This document shows, piece after piece, positions 9,939-20,156 of a stretch of DNA of 64,000 nt (its first letter is position 1; every line of letters starts with the position of its first letter). The notes beneath the pieces are model-generated. The model saw only the letters and a program-made list of their open reading frames with translations, was not told the DNA's origin and ran no database searches. The translations under genes were made by a program, and so were the position numbers. The DNA is from a virus. The DNA lies in the IMG/VR virus record IMGVR_UViG_3300047550_003635, one strand, 5' to 3'.

Positions 9939-11585
9939 ATGGCTAATACAGTAATTCAATTAAAATGGTCTGAAGTAACCTCAACACCAGTAACATTAAA
10001 TGTTGCTGAACCTGCTTATTCAAATACTTCTGGTAAATTGTTCATTGGTCGCACAAATGGTGGACCAATTGCCGTCGGTGGTTCATACTATACTGCTTTG
10101 ATTGATGCTGCTACTGATGCAAATACTGCATCTGCAATCGTCAAAAGAGATGCCTCGGGTATTTTTTCGGCAACTGCTGTCAAAGCGAGTTTATATGGAA
10201 ATGCAAACACAGCATCAGCATGGGCAACAGCAAGAACTATAGGTGTTTCAGGTGATGCAAACGGAACTGTTTCTATTGATGGTTCAGCAAATGCAAATAT
10301 TCCATTAACACTCGGTAACTCTGGTGTTGTTGCAGGAACATATGGTGGCGCAACAAATGTTTCATCATTTACCGTTGACAGCAAAGGTAGAATCACTTCT
10401 GCTGCAAATGTCCCAGTTACAATTTCATCAACACTATCATTTGCCGGTGATACAGGTTCAGGTTCTCTTGCACTCGCAACAGATACGTTGACGATTAATG
10501 GTGGAGAAGGAATTGATACGACAGGATTTGACGCAAATAATACGCTTCGTATTGATGTTGACAATACTGTTATTCGTTCAACAGGTAATCAAACAATTAC
10601 TGGTAATGTTTCGATTGTTGGTAATCTAACAATTTCTGGAACATCATCACAGATTAATGTATCGTCATTAAATGTAACAGACCCAATGATTTATTTGGCT
10701 GGTAATAACTATACATCAGATATAGTTGATATCGGTTTTGCTGGTAATTATTATGATGGCGCAACACAAAGACACGCTGGTTGGATAAGAAAATATAATA
10801 CTGGCAATTTCTATGCTTTCTATAACTATACACCAGAACCAGATAATAACGTCATTGATATTACCGATGCAAGTTATAGAAAAGCAAATATTATTGCAAA
10901 CTTTACAGGTGGTAATGTTTCTGGTCTGCTTACTGCAATTGGAGTAAGTGATGGTGGTACAGGTGCAACAACATTTACGTCAGGACAAATTGTTGTTGGA
11001 AATGGAACAGGTGCATTACAATCAATTGCAAACGTAGGAACAGCAGGAACTTATGCGAATGCTGCATATGTTCCAGTTATTACAACAGATGCATATGGGC
11101 GTGTTTCAGGTATAACAAATACAGCAATTGCACTTGCAGCATCAGCAATTACAAGTGGAACATTACCAATTGCGCGTGGTGGTACCAATCAGACATCATT
11201 CACAACTGGTCAAAGAGTAATATTTGATGGAACAAGTCTTGCATCACTTGCAAATACAACGACAACTGTAACTGGTGGATTGTCAGTAGCAAACACAATA
11301 ACATCGTTGACCGTAAACAGTTATGGTGATATTACTGCATATACAGGTGCAGCTATCGCAATTGATACATCACAAATTACTTCTGGAACATTGGGTGTGA
11401 CAAGAGGTGGCACAGGTGCTGCAACATTTACAACAAATGGAATGATTTTTGGTAATGGAACTGGTGCATTACAAGTTACTGCTGCTGCTGGAACATCAGA
11501 CCAAACATGGTCAGCACAATTACTAACAGTAAATGGTTCAGGAACACCTGTTTGGACAACAACATTGAATGGCGGAACATTCTAA
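9939..11585 (+). CDS. Tail fibre protein
   Basis: MANTVIQLK N-terminal domain, GGTG repeats, AGTY...GRV repeats; C-terminal NGGTF. Confidence 0.8.
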   Translation: MANTVIQLKWSEVTSTPVTLNVAEPAYSNTSGKLFIGRTNGGPIAVGGSYYTALIDAATDANTASAIVKRDASGIFSATAVKASLYGNANTASAWATARTIGVSGDANGTVSIDGSANANIPLTLGNSGVVAGTYGGATNVSSFTVDSKGRITSAANVPVTISSTLSFAGDTGSGSLALATDTLTINGGEGIDTTGFDANNTLRIDVDNTVIRSTGNQTITGNVSIVGNLTISGTSSQINVSSLNVTDPMIYLAGNNYTSDIVDIGFAGNYYDGATQRHAGWIRKYNTGNFYAFYNYTPEPDNNVIDITDASYRKANIIANFTGGNVSGLLTAIGVSDGGTGATTFTSGQIVVGNGTGALQSIANVGTAGTYANAAYVPVITTDAYGRVSGITNTAIALAASAITSGTLPIARGGTNQTSFTTGQRVIFDGTSLASLANTTTTVTGGLSVANTITSLTVNSYGDITAYTGAAIAIDTSQITSGTLGVTRGGTGAATFTTNGMIFGNGTGALQVTAAAGTSDQTWSAQLLTVNGSGTPVWTTTLNGGTF

Positions 11586-11604
11586 TTTATGAAAGGGTTT
11601 TATT

Positions 11605-12096
11605 ATGAACGATATCAATTTTATACAATCTTTTGGTGAGATTGCACAAGAAAATTTTATTAGTGTTGTAAAGCAAAATTTATTATTCCAAACACAGATA
11701 AAATTACTTGATGAACAGGTAAAAAAGATACCTGATTTATTGGAAAAGATTGATGATTTGGAAAAAGTAAAAGAAGAATTTCAAACCATTGTTGAAGAAA
11801 ATAATGATTTGAAAAATCAACTCAATAATAAAAATGATATTATTGAGAAAAGCAATAAAGAAGATGCAGAAAAACATAGAATGCAAACTGCTCTAAATAA
11901 TGAAATGAAAAAGAATAGTTTGAATATTGACCTTATTGATTCGCAAAAAATAATAATTGATAATCAGAAAGAATATATACAGCAGCTTGAGAATATGTTA
12001 CCAATTTCAAAAAGAAAAAAATTAGGTTTATCTGTTGATGTTCCAGAAAACAAAGACAATGTTCTTCTGATAAATCAAAACGGTGGAACATTCTAA
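11605..12096 (+). CDS. Coiled-coil protein ending NGGTF (fibre chaperone or connector?)
   Basis: K/E/N/Q-rich heptads; shares the C-terminal motif of the neighbouring fibre proteins. Confidence 0.6.
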   Translation: MNDINFIQSFGEIAQENFISVVKQNLLFQTQIKLLDEQVKKIPDLLEKIDDLEKVKEEFQTIVEENNDLKNQLNNKNDIIEKSNKEDAEKHRMQTALNNEMKKNSLNIDLIDSQKIIIDNQKEYIQQLENMLPISKRKKLGLSVDVPENKDNVLLINQNGGTF

Positions 12097-12099
12097 TAA

Positions 12100-13773
12100 A
12101 TGGCAAATACAGTAATTGCTGTTCGTAGTTCAGGTTCAACAGGAAATACACCATCTCTTGGTGTAATCGCTAATGGTGAATTATCGCTTAACTATGCTGA
12201 TGGTATTTTATACTACAAATCATCATCAAATACATTAGGACAAATCAAAACAACACAAGTTTCTGGATTGAATCAACAAGTTCAATTCAATGACTCTGGT
12301 TCTTTTGGTGGTAATTCTAGTTTAACATTTGATAAATCTACAGGCACTCTTTCAACAAATTTACTTAGAGTTACTCAATCTTCTGGTGATGAAGGTGGTC
12401 AAATTGATTTGGCATTAGCCGCGGCAGCTAATACATCTCTAAATGGAACTGTCGCAATTGATATTTACCAAAATAAATTGAGATTTTTTGAAACAGGTGG
12501 AACAAATCGTGGTGCATACATTGATTTAACTGCTGCAAGCACTGGAGTAGGTAGTAATTTATTATCGGGTGGCGGTGGTGGTTCAGTCACATCTGTTGGT
12601 GGGCAAACTGGTGCAATATCAAACACACAGTTAGTTAGTTTCGTAACAACACCCACATTACCAACAACAGGTAATTTAATTGTATATAATGGAACATCTT
12701 TTACATCACTTGCAAATACTGGAATAGCAGGAACATATGCGAATGCTGCTTATGTTCCAGTAATTACTACGGATGCGTATGGTCGTGTTTCAGGTATAAC
12801 AAATACTGCAATTTCAATCCCAACAACTGCTGTTACTGGTGTATTTGGATTTAGTTCTGGCGGAACAAACGCAACTTCATACACAACTGGTGCATTACTC
12901 ACAAGTAACGGCACAGCAATTGTATCATTGGCAAATACTGGAACAGCAGGAACTTATGGTAATGCAACTTATGTTCCAGTAATTACAACAGATGCATATG
13001 GTCGTGTTACATCAATTGTCAATACTGCAATTTCTGCGAGTGGTTCTTCTGGAAATACATTTAACATTTATAATGTAAATACCCAAATATTTCAAGCAAC
13101 TGCAAATGGAGCACAAACAAGTTTTGAATTAGGATTTACTCCATTCGCATCAAATAATGTTATAGTTACTGCAAATGGTGTTGTTCAATATGATTATACT
13201 GTTGCAGGTTCAACATTAACTTTAAATTTTACTCCACCAAATAATACTCTAATAAGAGCGCAAGCGATAGGTATATCTTCACCTAATGTATTAACTCCTG
13301 TTTTTACAACAGGCAATTTAATAACATCGAATGGCAATACATTAATTTCATCAATTGTCAGTGAATCAAGTGGTAATATAGGAATTGGTATAAGTTTACC
13401 GAGTGTAAAATTAGATGTTGCAGGTAGTTTTAAAATAAGTGGTTCAATAAACGAGGTAATGAATACTGTAACTGCTACAGTTGGAACAACTACATTAGAT
13501 TTATCAACAAATAGCGTTTATAAAATTGTTATGGCAGCAAATACTACTCTCGCATTTAGTAATCCACCAGCATCTGGTATTGAGAGAAATTTTAAATTAT
13601 ATGCCAATACAAATAATGGCAGTAATACTATTACATGGCCTGCTGCGGTTAAGTGGCAATATGGTGCAGCACCAACACAAACTACAACTGCAAATAAAAC
13701 AGACATATATGCTTTTAGCACCAATGATGGTGGTACCACATATTTTGGTTATGTCTCAGGATTAAATTTTTAG
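12100..13773 (+). CDS. Tail fibre protein
   Basis: MANTVIAVR...GELSLNYADG N-terminal domain, QVQFNDSGSFGG, VTSVGGQTGA, GNIGIG...LDVAG; duplicated C-terminal adaptor domain. Confidence 0.8.
   Translation: MANTVIAVRSSGSTGNTPSLGVIANGELSLNYADGILYYKSSSNTLGQIKTTQVSGLNQQVQFNDSGSFGGNSSLTFDKSTGTLSTNLLRVTQSSGDEGGQIDLALAAAANTSLNGTVAIDIYQNKLRFFETGGTNRGAYIDLTAASTGVGSNLLSGGGGGSVTSVGGQTGAISNTQLVSFVTTPTLPTTGNLIVYNGTSFTSLANTGIAGTYANAAYVPVITTDAYGRVSGITNTAISIPTTAVTGVFGFSSGGTNATSYTTGALLTSNGTAIVSLANTGTAGTYGNATYVPVITTDAYGRVTSIVNTAISASGSSGNTFNIYNVNTQIFQATANGAQTSFELGFTPFASNNVIVTANGVVQYDYTVAGSTLTLNFTPPNNTLIRAQAIGISSPNVLTPVFTTGNLITSNGNTLISSIVSESSGNIGIGISLPSVKLDVAGSFKISGSINEVMNTVTATVGTTTLDLSTNSVYKIVMAANTTLAFSNPPASGIERNFKLYANTNNGSNTITWPAAVKWQYGAAPTQTTTANKTDIYAFSTNDGGTTYFGYVSGLNF
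13453..13773 (+). repeat. Second copy of the 321-bp fibre C-terminal domain
   Basis: Aligns without gaps to 5157-5477. Confidence 0.9.
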
Positions 13774-13783
13774 ATAAGTAAAA

Positions 13784-14311
13784 ATGGCACAACAATTAAT
13801 AACATCAAATGAACTATATGCAACTGGCGTAACAGCAGGAACATATGCAAATGCTGCTTATGTTCCGATAATCACCATTGATACTGCTGGACGTGTTTCA
13901 TCTGTAACTAATACTGCAATAACTCTAACACAATTAAATGCAGATTTAAATGCAGCATCAAAAATTATATCATATCCTGTTTTTAAAGATTATGCATTAA
14001 AAATAAATGCTTTGGGAAATATAACAGGTGCAACAACAATCGATTTAACTTTAGGTAATTATATTACTGCTACTGTGACAGGAACAGTAACATGGACATT
14101 TAGTAATCCACCATCAGCAAATGCAGCAGGTTTTATTTTGAAACTTGTGAATGGTGGTTCACAGACACAAAATTGGCCAACTTCGGTAACAAAATGGCCA
14201 GGTGGTTCGGCACCTTCTTTAACAGCGTCAGGAACAGACATATTGGTTTTTATGACTGATGATACGGGTTCTACATGGCGTGGTGTTGCTTCGATGTTGG
14301 ATAGTAAATAA
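13784..14311 (+). CDS. Short fibre/adaptor protein
   Basis: AGTYANAAYVP repeat plus a diverged third copy of the adaptor domain (TFSNPP...WP..KWPGG.APSLT.SGTDIL). Confidence 0.7.
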   Translation: MAQQLITSNELYATGVTAGTYANAAYVPIITIDTAGRVSSVTNTAITLTQLNADLNAASKIISYPVFKDYALKINALGNITGATTIDLTLGNYITATVTGTVTWTFSNPPSANAAGFILKLVNGGSQTQNWPTSVTKWPGGSAPSLTASGTDILVFMTDDTGSTWRGVASMLDSK

Positions 14312-14320
14312 GGAACAAAT

Positions 14321-14818
14321 ATGGCAGAATATTGTTATATTGAAAATAATGAAATTAAAGAATATCATAGTGATTTACCATCTTCATGGAGAAACATTAG
14401 TGGGTTAAATCTATCAAAGTCTAATACAGATTTTTTACTATCTATTGGTTGGTATCCTGTTGAAAAACAAAATGTTTCTTACGATGATAAAACACACAAA
14501 TTGGCAGGATATAATTATACAATACAATCAGATAAAGTTATTGAAATTCCTATAATAGAATCGCTTTCTCCACAAGAAATTTCAGATAGAATTGCAACCG
14601 AACAATTCAATTTTTATCAAACTTTGAGAGATGTTAGAAATAATCTATTGAAAGATTCTGATTGGACCCAATGTGCAGATATCCAATCAAAAAATTCTAT
14701 CGAATGGATTGATGCTTGGAAAAATTATAGACAACAATTGAGAGATTTGCCAGAATCTTATGTTGAAATTGATAATTATGACATTAACACAATTCGTTGG
14801 CCAATAAAACCAAATTGA
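14321..14818 (+). CDS. Tail fibre assembly chaperone-like protein
   Basis: RxxRNxLLxxSDWTQ..D...W..YRQQLRDLP motif of phage tail assembly chaperones. Confidence 0.8.
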   Translation: MAEYCYIENNEIKEYHSDLPSSWRNISGLNLSKSNTDFLLSIGWYPVEKQNVSYDDKTHKLAGYNYTIQSDKVIEIPIIESLSPQEISDRIATEQFNFYQTLRDVRNNLLKDSDWTQCADIQSKNSIEWIDAWKNYRQQLRDLPESYVEIDNYDINTIRWPIKPN

Positions 14819-14824
14819 TTAATT

Positions 14825-16942
14825 ATGTTGGCTGAAGCGTTATTAACTATAAATCCCGCATCAGGTCAATTATTGTATGCATGGGGAAATGATACAGCTG
14901 GACAATTGGGTGATAATTACTCAAATTTTGGTCCACAAGTTGTTGGCGGTTCAAGAGCGCCAGGAATTTCTTCCGTCATTCAAAGTTGGTCAATTGTTTC
15001 GACAGGAGGTTCTCATACAGTAGCAATTCGCTCGGATGGTTTATTATTTGCATGGGGTTTAGGAACAGCAGGACAATTAGGCGATGGAACAACAACAAAC
15101 AAGTCAAGTCCTGTTCAAATAGGTTCTAGTTCTTGGACTGCTGTGTTTGCTGGTGTTGCACACACAATAGCAATTAGGTCAGGTGGAACATTATTTACAT
15201 GGGGTTTAGGAACATCAGGACAATTAGGCGATGGAACAACAACAAACAAGTCAAGTCCTGTTCAAATAGGTTCAAGTTCTTGGACTGCTGTTTCTGCTGG
15301 TAATGCACACACAGCAGCAATCAGGTCTGGTGGAACATTATTTACATGGGGTTATAATGCTAATGGTCGTTTGGGTGATGGAACTACTGTGTCGAAGTCA
15401 AGCCCTGTTCAAATAGGTTCCAGTTCTTGGACTGCTGTATCTGCTGGTATCACGCACACAGTAGCAATCAGGTCAGGTGGAACATTATTTACATGGGGTT
15501 ATAATGCTAATGGTCAATTAGGAGATGGAACTATTTTAGCAAAATCAAGTCCTGTTCAAATAGGTTCAAGTTCTTGGACTGCTGTTTCTGCTGGTGGTGC
15601 ACACACAGCAGCAATCAGGTCTGATGGAGCATTGTTTACATGGGGTCAAGGAGCATCAGGCCAATTAGGTAATGGAAATTCAAGTTTCAATTCACCTGTT
15701 CAAATAGGTTCCAGTTCTTGGACTGCTGTTTCTGCTGGATTATTAAATACAACTTGTATTAGGTCAGATAATACTCTTTGGTCATTTGGTCAAGGTAGCT
15801 TTGGTAGAAATGGTGATATGACTACAATTAATAGGGCATCACCTGTTCAAATAGGAACAACAACAACTTGGAATAAATTATCTATTAGTGGTGGAAATCA
15901 TTCTTTAGCTATCGACACAAATTCAATTCTCTATGCTTGGGGTTTGAATAATGTAGGACAATTAGGTTTTCAAGATAATTTAAGTTCACCGGTTCAAATA
16001 GGAATAAAAAAATGGACTGCTGTTTCTGCTGGTGGTTCACACACAGCAGCAATTAGGTCTGATGGTTTATTATTTGGTTGGGGTAATAATAATAATGGAC
16101 AATTAGGTGATGGAACTCAAATATTTAAATCATCACCTGTTCAAATAGGTTCAAGTTCTTGGACTGCTGTTTCTGTTGGTACCACGCATACAGTAGCAAT
16201 CAGGTCTGGTGGAACACTGTTTGCTTGGGGTTTGAATAACGCAGGTCAATTAGGTGATGGAACTGCTGTATCAAAATCAAGTCCTGTTCAAATAGGCTCC
16301 AGTTCTTGGACTGCTGTTTCTGCTGGTAGTGCACACACAGCAGCAATCAGGTCTGGTGGAACATTATTTACTTGGGGACAAGGAAATGCTGGTCGTTTGG
16401 GTGATGGAACTGCTGTGTCGAAGTCGAGTCCTGTCCAAATAGGTTCAAGTTCTTGGACTGCTGTTTCTGCTGGTGGTTCACACACAGCAGCAATTAGGTC
16501 TGATGGAACATTATTTACATGGGGATATGGAACATATGGAATATTAGGTGATGGAACTCTTGTGACAAAATCAAGTCCTGTTCAAATAGGTTCAAGTTCT
16601 TGGACTGCTGTTTCTGCTGGTAATTTACATACAGCAGCAATCAGGTCTGGTGGAACATTATTTACATGGGGTTTGAATATTAATGGTCAATTAGGTGATG
16701 GAACTGCTGTATCAAAATCAAGTCCTGTTCAAATAGGCTCCAGTTCTTGGACTGCTGTTGCTGCTGGTGCACACACAGCAGCAATTCGTTCAGATAATTT
16801 ATTATTTACATGGTCATTAGGAACATCAGGTCAATTAGGTGATGGAACTGTTGTTACAAAATCATCTCCTGTTCAAATAGGTTCAAGTTCTTGGACCATA
16901 ATATCTACTGGACTAAATCACACAGCAGCAATATCGAAATAA
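14825..16942 (+). CDS. RCC1/BLIP-II repeat protein (about 14 blades, likely receptor-binding tip)
   Basis: 13 PVQIG-containing ~50-aa repeats (SAG..HT.AIRS.G.LF.WG....GQLGDG) plus a degenerate first repeat. Confidence 0.9.
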   Translation: MLAEALLTINPASGQLLYAWGNDTAGQLGDNYSNFGPQVVGGSRAPGISSVIQSWSIVSTGGSHTVAIRSDGLLFAWGLGTAGQLGDGTTTNKSSPVQIGSSSWTAVFAGVAHTIAIRSGGTLFTWGLGTSGQLGDGTTTNKSSPVQIGSSSWTAVSAGNAHTAAIRSGGTLFTWGYNANGRLGDGTTVSKSSPVQIGSSSWTAVSAGITHTVAIRSGGTLFTWGYNANGQLGDGTILAKSSPVQIGSSSWTAVSAGGAHTAAIRSDGALFTWGQGASGQLGNGNSSFNSPVQIGSSSWTAVSAGLLNTTCIRSDNTLWSFGQGSFGRNGDMTTINRASPVQIGTTTTWNKLSISGGNHSLAIDTNSILYAWGLNNVGQLGFQDNLSSPVQIGIKKWTAVSAGGSHTAAIRSDGLLFGWGNNNNGQLGDGTQIFKSSPVQIGSSSWTAVSVGTTHTVAIRSGGTLFAWGLNNAGQLGDGTAVSKSSPVQIGSSSWTAVSAGSAHTAAIRSGGTLFTWGQGNAGRLGDGTAVSKSSPVQIGSSSWTAVSAGGSHTAAIRSDGTLFTWGYGTYGILGDGTLVTKSSPVQIGSSSWTAVSAGNLHTAAIRSGGTLFTWGLNINGQLGDGTAVSKSSPVQIGSSSWTAVAAGAHTAAIRSDNLLFTWSLGTSGQLGDGTVVTKSSPVQIGSSSWTIISTGLNHTAAISK
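14975..16930 (+). repeat. ~150-bp tandem coding repeats (RCC1 blades)
   Basis: Repeated CCTGTTCAAATAGGTTC(A/C/T)AGTTCTTGGACTGCTGT core. Confidence 0.9.
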
Positions 16943-16968
16943 ATAAATAAAATTATTATGGATTTTTT

Positions 16969-18003
16969 ATGCATAAAATTGACCAACAACTTGATTTAAT
17001 GATTCGTGGTAGATTCGAAGAAGGATGGAATCTCAGTCAGCAGATGGAACAAGAACATCCTGATGATTTGAGACATAAATTTAATCGTGCATGGTTTCTA
17101 ATCAATCAGGGCGATTTACAAACAGGATTTCAATTTTTAGAAGCAGGTAGATTTCTAAAAGTTTATGGTTCGCCTAAAATTCCTACAAATAAACCCATCT
17201 GGAATCAAACAGATGATTTAACAAACAAAATAGTAATATTAAATATGGAATGTGGTTTTGGTGACCAGATAATATCAGCAAGATTCGCTACTGAAGTTGC
17301 TAAGAGAGGCGGCAAAGCAATTCTGTGTTGTGAAGCTAGTTTACATCCTATTTTTTCAAGAATACCTGGAGTTCATCAATGTATTCAATTAAAAGATGTT
17401 CAATCAACAAAACATGATTATTGGATTCCTGGATTCAGTTGCAGTTGGATTTTTGGACACACATTTGATAATTTACCTAATTCTCCATACATATCAGCAA
17501 ATCCATTAAGTGTCGATGTTTGGAAAAATATAATTAAAAGTGATAAAATAAAAGTTGGTATTCGTTGGTCTGGTAGCCCATTATTTGAACATCAACAGTT
17601 TAGAATTTTTCCACCAGAACCGTTAATTGATTTGCATAAATATAAAGAAGTTCAATTTTATAGTTTACAGAGAGATACAGACACAAGAGAATTACCCAAT
17701 GAAATAATTGATTTGCAACATCTAATTATTTCATGGGAAGATACTGCTGCTGCAATTCATAATATGGATTTAGTGATTACATCATGCACAAGTATAGCAC
17801 ATTTATCTTCAGCGATGGGTAAACCAACATGGGTAATTGTTCCATTATTACCATATCATATTTGGGCTTATGGTGATAGACATTCTCCATGGTATCAAAA
17901 AACAACAAAAGTTTTTCGTCAAAAAGAATTTGGTAATTGGAATGCAACATTTGAATTATTAGAAAAAGAATTTGTCGAACATTTTAATTTGAAAAAGGAA
18001 TAA
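16969..18003 (+). CDS. Glycosyltransferase, TPR-associated GT9-like
   Basis: ECGFGDQI, KVGIRWSG, WEDTAAAI.NMDLVIT.CTSIAHL..AMGKPTW, WY....FRQ. Confidence 0.85.
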   Translation: MHKIDQQLDLMIRGRFEEGWNLSQQMEQEHPDDLRHKFNRAWFLINQGDLQTGFQFLEAGRFLKVYGSPKIPTNKPIWNQTDDLTNKIVILNMECGFGDQIISARFATEVAKRGGKAILCCEASLHPIFSRIPGVHQCIQLKDVQSTKHDYWIPGFSCSWIFGHTFDNLPNSPYISANPLSVDVWKNIIKSDKIKVGIRWSGSPLFEHQQFRIFPPEPLIDLHKYKEVQFYSLQRDTDTRELPNEIIDLQHLIISWEDTAAAIHNMDLVITSCTSIAHLSSAMGKPTWVIVPLLPYHIWAYGDRHSPWYQKTTKVFRQKEFGNWNATFELLEKEFVEHFNLKKE

Positions 18004-18006
18004 TTT

Positions 18007-18801
18007 ATGAGTGAATTATATTATGTTGCTGGACTCCCAAGGTCTGGTGCAACAATGATGATTAATATATTAAAACAAAATCCACAAATTCATGGCGAAG
18101 CAGTAAGTTCATTGAGTTCTATTTTTAGTTCTGTTTTTTTTAATTGGGACAAAATAGAATTTAGTATTGAATATAATAATGAAAAAGCCAAGATAAATGT
18201 TCTCAAAAGTATTTTAAATAGTTATCACTCACATCACCAAAAACAATTTATTTTTGATAAAGATAGAATGTGGATAACAAGAATTGGTATTCTAGAAGCA
18301 CTATTTGAGAAGAAAGTCAAGATTTTATGCCCGGTAAGAAATCCAGCAGAGATACTCGCATCATTTGAAAAGATAAGAAAAAATAATCCTCTGCAATTAA
18401 CGATGACGGATGAGATATTGGCAGAATCATCATCCATCGCATCTAGAGCATTTCATTACGCTGGTCCAAATGGTGCTTTAGGATTAGCACATGCAGGAAC
18501 ACGTGATGCTGTTACGATGGGATATTTGGACAGATTGTTGTTTATTGACTATAATAGATTTTGTAATAGTCCAAAAAGTCAGTTAAAACGAATATATGAT
18601 TTTTTTGAATTACCTTCTTTTGAGCATGATTTACAAAACATTGAGCAAACAGAAATTTACAATGATTTAGCATCAAAACTTCCTAATTTACATAAAATAA
18701 AACCTAAACTTGACAAAACAACTGTAAATTGTGTTGAATATTTGGGATTAGATTTATATCAACAATACAATCGTGAAATATTTTGGGATGCTTGGATATA
18801 A
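18007..18801 (+). CDS. Sulfotransferase
   Basis: 5'-PSB motif GLPRSGAT and 3'-PB motif RNP....ASF. Confidence 0.85.
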   Translation: MSELYYVAGLPRSGATMMINILKQNPQIHGEAVSSLSSIFSSVFFNWDKIEFSIEYNNEKAKINVLKSILNSYHSHHQKQFIFDKDRMWITRIGILEALFEKKVKILCPVRNPAEILASFEKIRKNNPLQLTMTDEILAESSSIASRAFHYAGPNGALGLAHAGTRDAVTMGYLDRLLFIDYNRFCNSPKSQLKRIYDFFELPSFEHDLQNIEQTEIYNDLASKLPNLHKIKPKLDKTTVNCVEYLGLDLYQQYNREIFWDAWI

Positions 18802-19536
18802 ATGTTTTTTATAGATAATCGTGTTCGTAGAAATGTTTTAGTTTCTACTGACCACGGAATGATGCTTGTAAACAGATTTGATTGTAATCATGAACAAGTT
18901 GGTCATGGTCAATGGCTATTAGACCATGGTAGCGCATCATCAGTTGAAGCGCAAGAGACTGTTTCATGTTTACAAAATATTTCAAGTCCTGTAATATTTG
19001 ATGTGGGTTCAAATATAGGAACATATTCAACATGGCTTACAAAAATATTACCGCAAAGCAAAATATATTGTTTTGAACCACAACGAATAGTTTTTCAAAT
19101 GTTATGTGCAAATATGATGTTAAATAATTTCGATAATTGTTTTGCACATAACATAGCAATTGGAAATAAAGATGATTTTATCGTTATTGACGAACCTGAT
19201 TATGAAAAGCCAGAAGATTTTGGTATTTTTAGTTTGGTTGAAGATAAAATTTTTAATAAATCAAATAAAAAAACAGTAATACCTATAATGAAAATTGATA
19301 CGTTTATTGAAACATATCATATTGAAAAATTAAATTTTATAAAAATAGATGTTGAAGGTATGGATATGGATGTTTTAAAAGGCGCACAAAAAACAATTCA
19401 AAAATATAATCCATTTATATTCATTGAACACTCAGACAATAGAAAATCAATATTAAATGAAATAACTGATTATTTGAGTTTAACTAAGTATGAATTTAAA
19501 GTAATTGGGAATAACGTTTTAGCAAAACCTAAATGA
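18802..19536 (+). CDS. FkbM-family methyltransferase
   Basis: FDVGSNIG, FEPQ, IKIDVEG. Confidence 0.9.
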   Translation: MFFIDNRVRRNVLVSTDHGMMLVNRFDCNHEQVGHGQWLLDHGSASSVEAQETVSCLQNISSPVIFDVGSNIGTYSTWLTKILPQSKIYCFEPQRIVFQMLCANMMLNNFDNCFAHNIAIGNKDDFIVIDEPDYEKPEDFGIFSLVEDKIFNKSNKKTVIPIMKIDTFIETYHIEKLNFIKIDVEGMDMDVLKGAQKTIQKYNPFIFIEHSDNRKSILNEITDYLSLTKYEFKVIGNNVLAKPK

Positions 19537-19546
19537 TGGAGATATA

Positions 19547-20155
19547 ATGATACCAGAACACACAAAATTAAATCTTGGTTGTGGATTTAAAAAATTAAAT
19601 GACCATTGGAATGTTGATGTTGAATCGAAATGTAATCCAGATGAAGTTGTTGATTTAGAAGTGACACCATGGCCATGGGCAGATAATTTTTTCGACAAAA
19701 TAAATGCTGATAATATTCTTGAGCATTTAGGGCAAAATCCAAAAGTATTTACTAATATAATGAAAGAAATGTATCGTATTAGTAAAGATGGTGCAACATG
19801 GTTTATAAATGTTCCTCATCATCGTTGTGATTTATACTGGGATGATTATACTCATGTAAGAATTTTGACACCAAAAACATTTAAAATGTTTGACCAAAAA
19901 ACAAATGTCGAATCGATTAAAAAGAAATTAAGTGATAGCGTTTTTGGTCTTGTTCATGATATTGATATTGAAGTTACTGATGTTTCATATAACATCGTAA
20001 ATTATTGGTTAAATCAGCAAGAAGATGGTATGCTTGCACCAAAACAATTAGACATAAATTTAAATACGCTGGCAAACGTTGCTGAATCTGTAAATATTTT
20101 TATTACTGTTCACAAACCAGGTAGACATTCTTCATTTTTACAGACTGGAAATTAA
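19547..20155 (+). CDS. Class I SAM-dependent methyltransferase-like protein
   Basis: KLNLGCG, DLEVTPWPW, ILEHL, D.TH. Confidence 0.8.
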   Translation: MIPEHTKLNLGCGFKKLNDHWNVDVESKCNPDEVVDLEVTPWPWADNFFDKINADNILEHLGQNPKVFTNIMKEMYRISKDGATWFINVPHHRCDLYWDDYTHVRILTPKTFKMFDQKTNVESIKKKLSDSVFGLVHDIDIEVTDVSYNIVNYWLNQQEDGMLAPKQLDINLNTLANVAESVNIFITVHKPGRHSSFLQTGN

Positions 20156-20156
20156 T

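Noticed and set aside
14825-16942. RCC1 repeats as a CRISPR array or DGR template/variable pair
   Set aside because: Repeats are in-frame coding units without unique spacers, differences are not adenine-specific, and no reverse transcriptase or cas gene is in the window.
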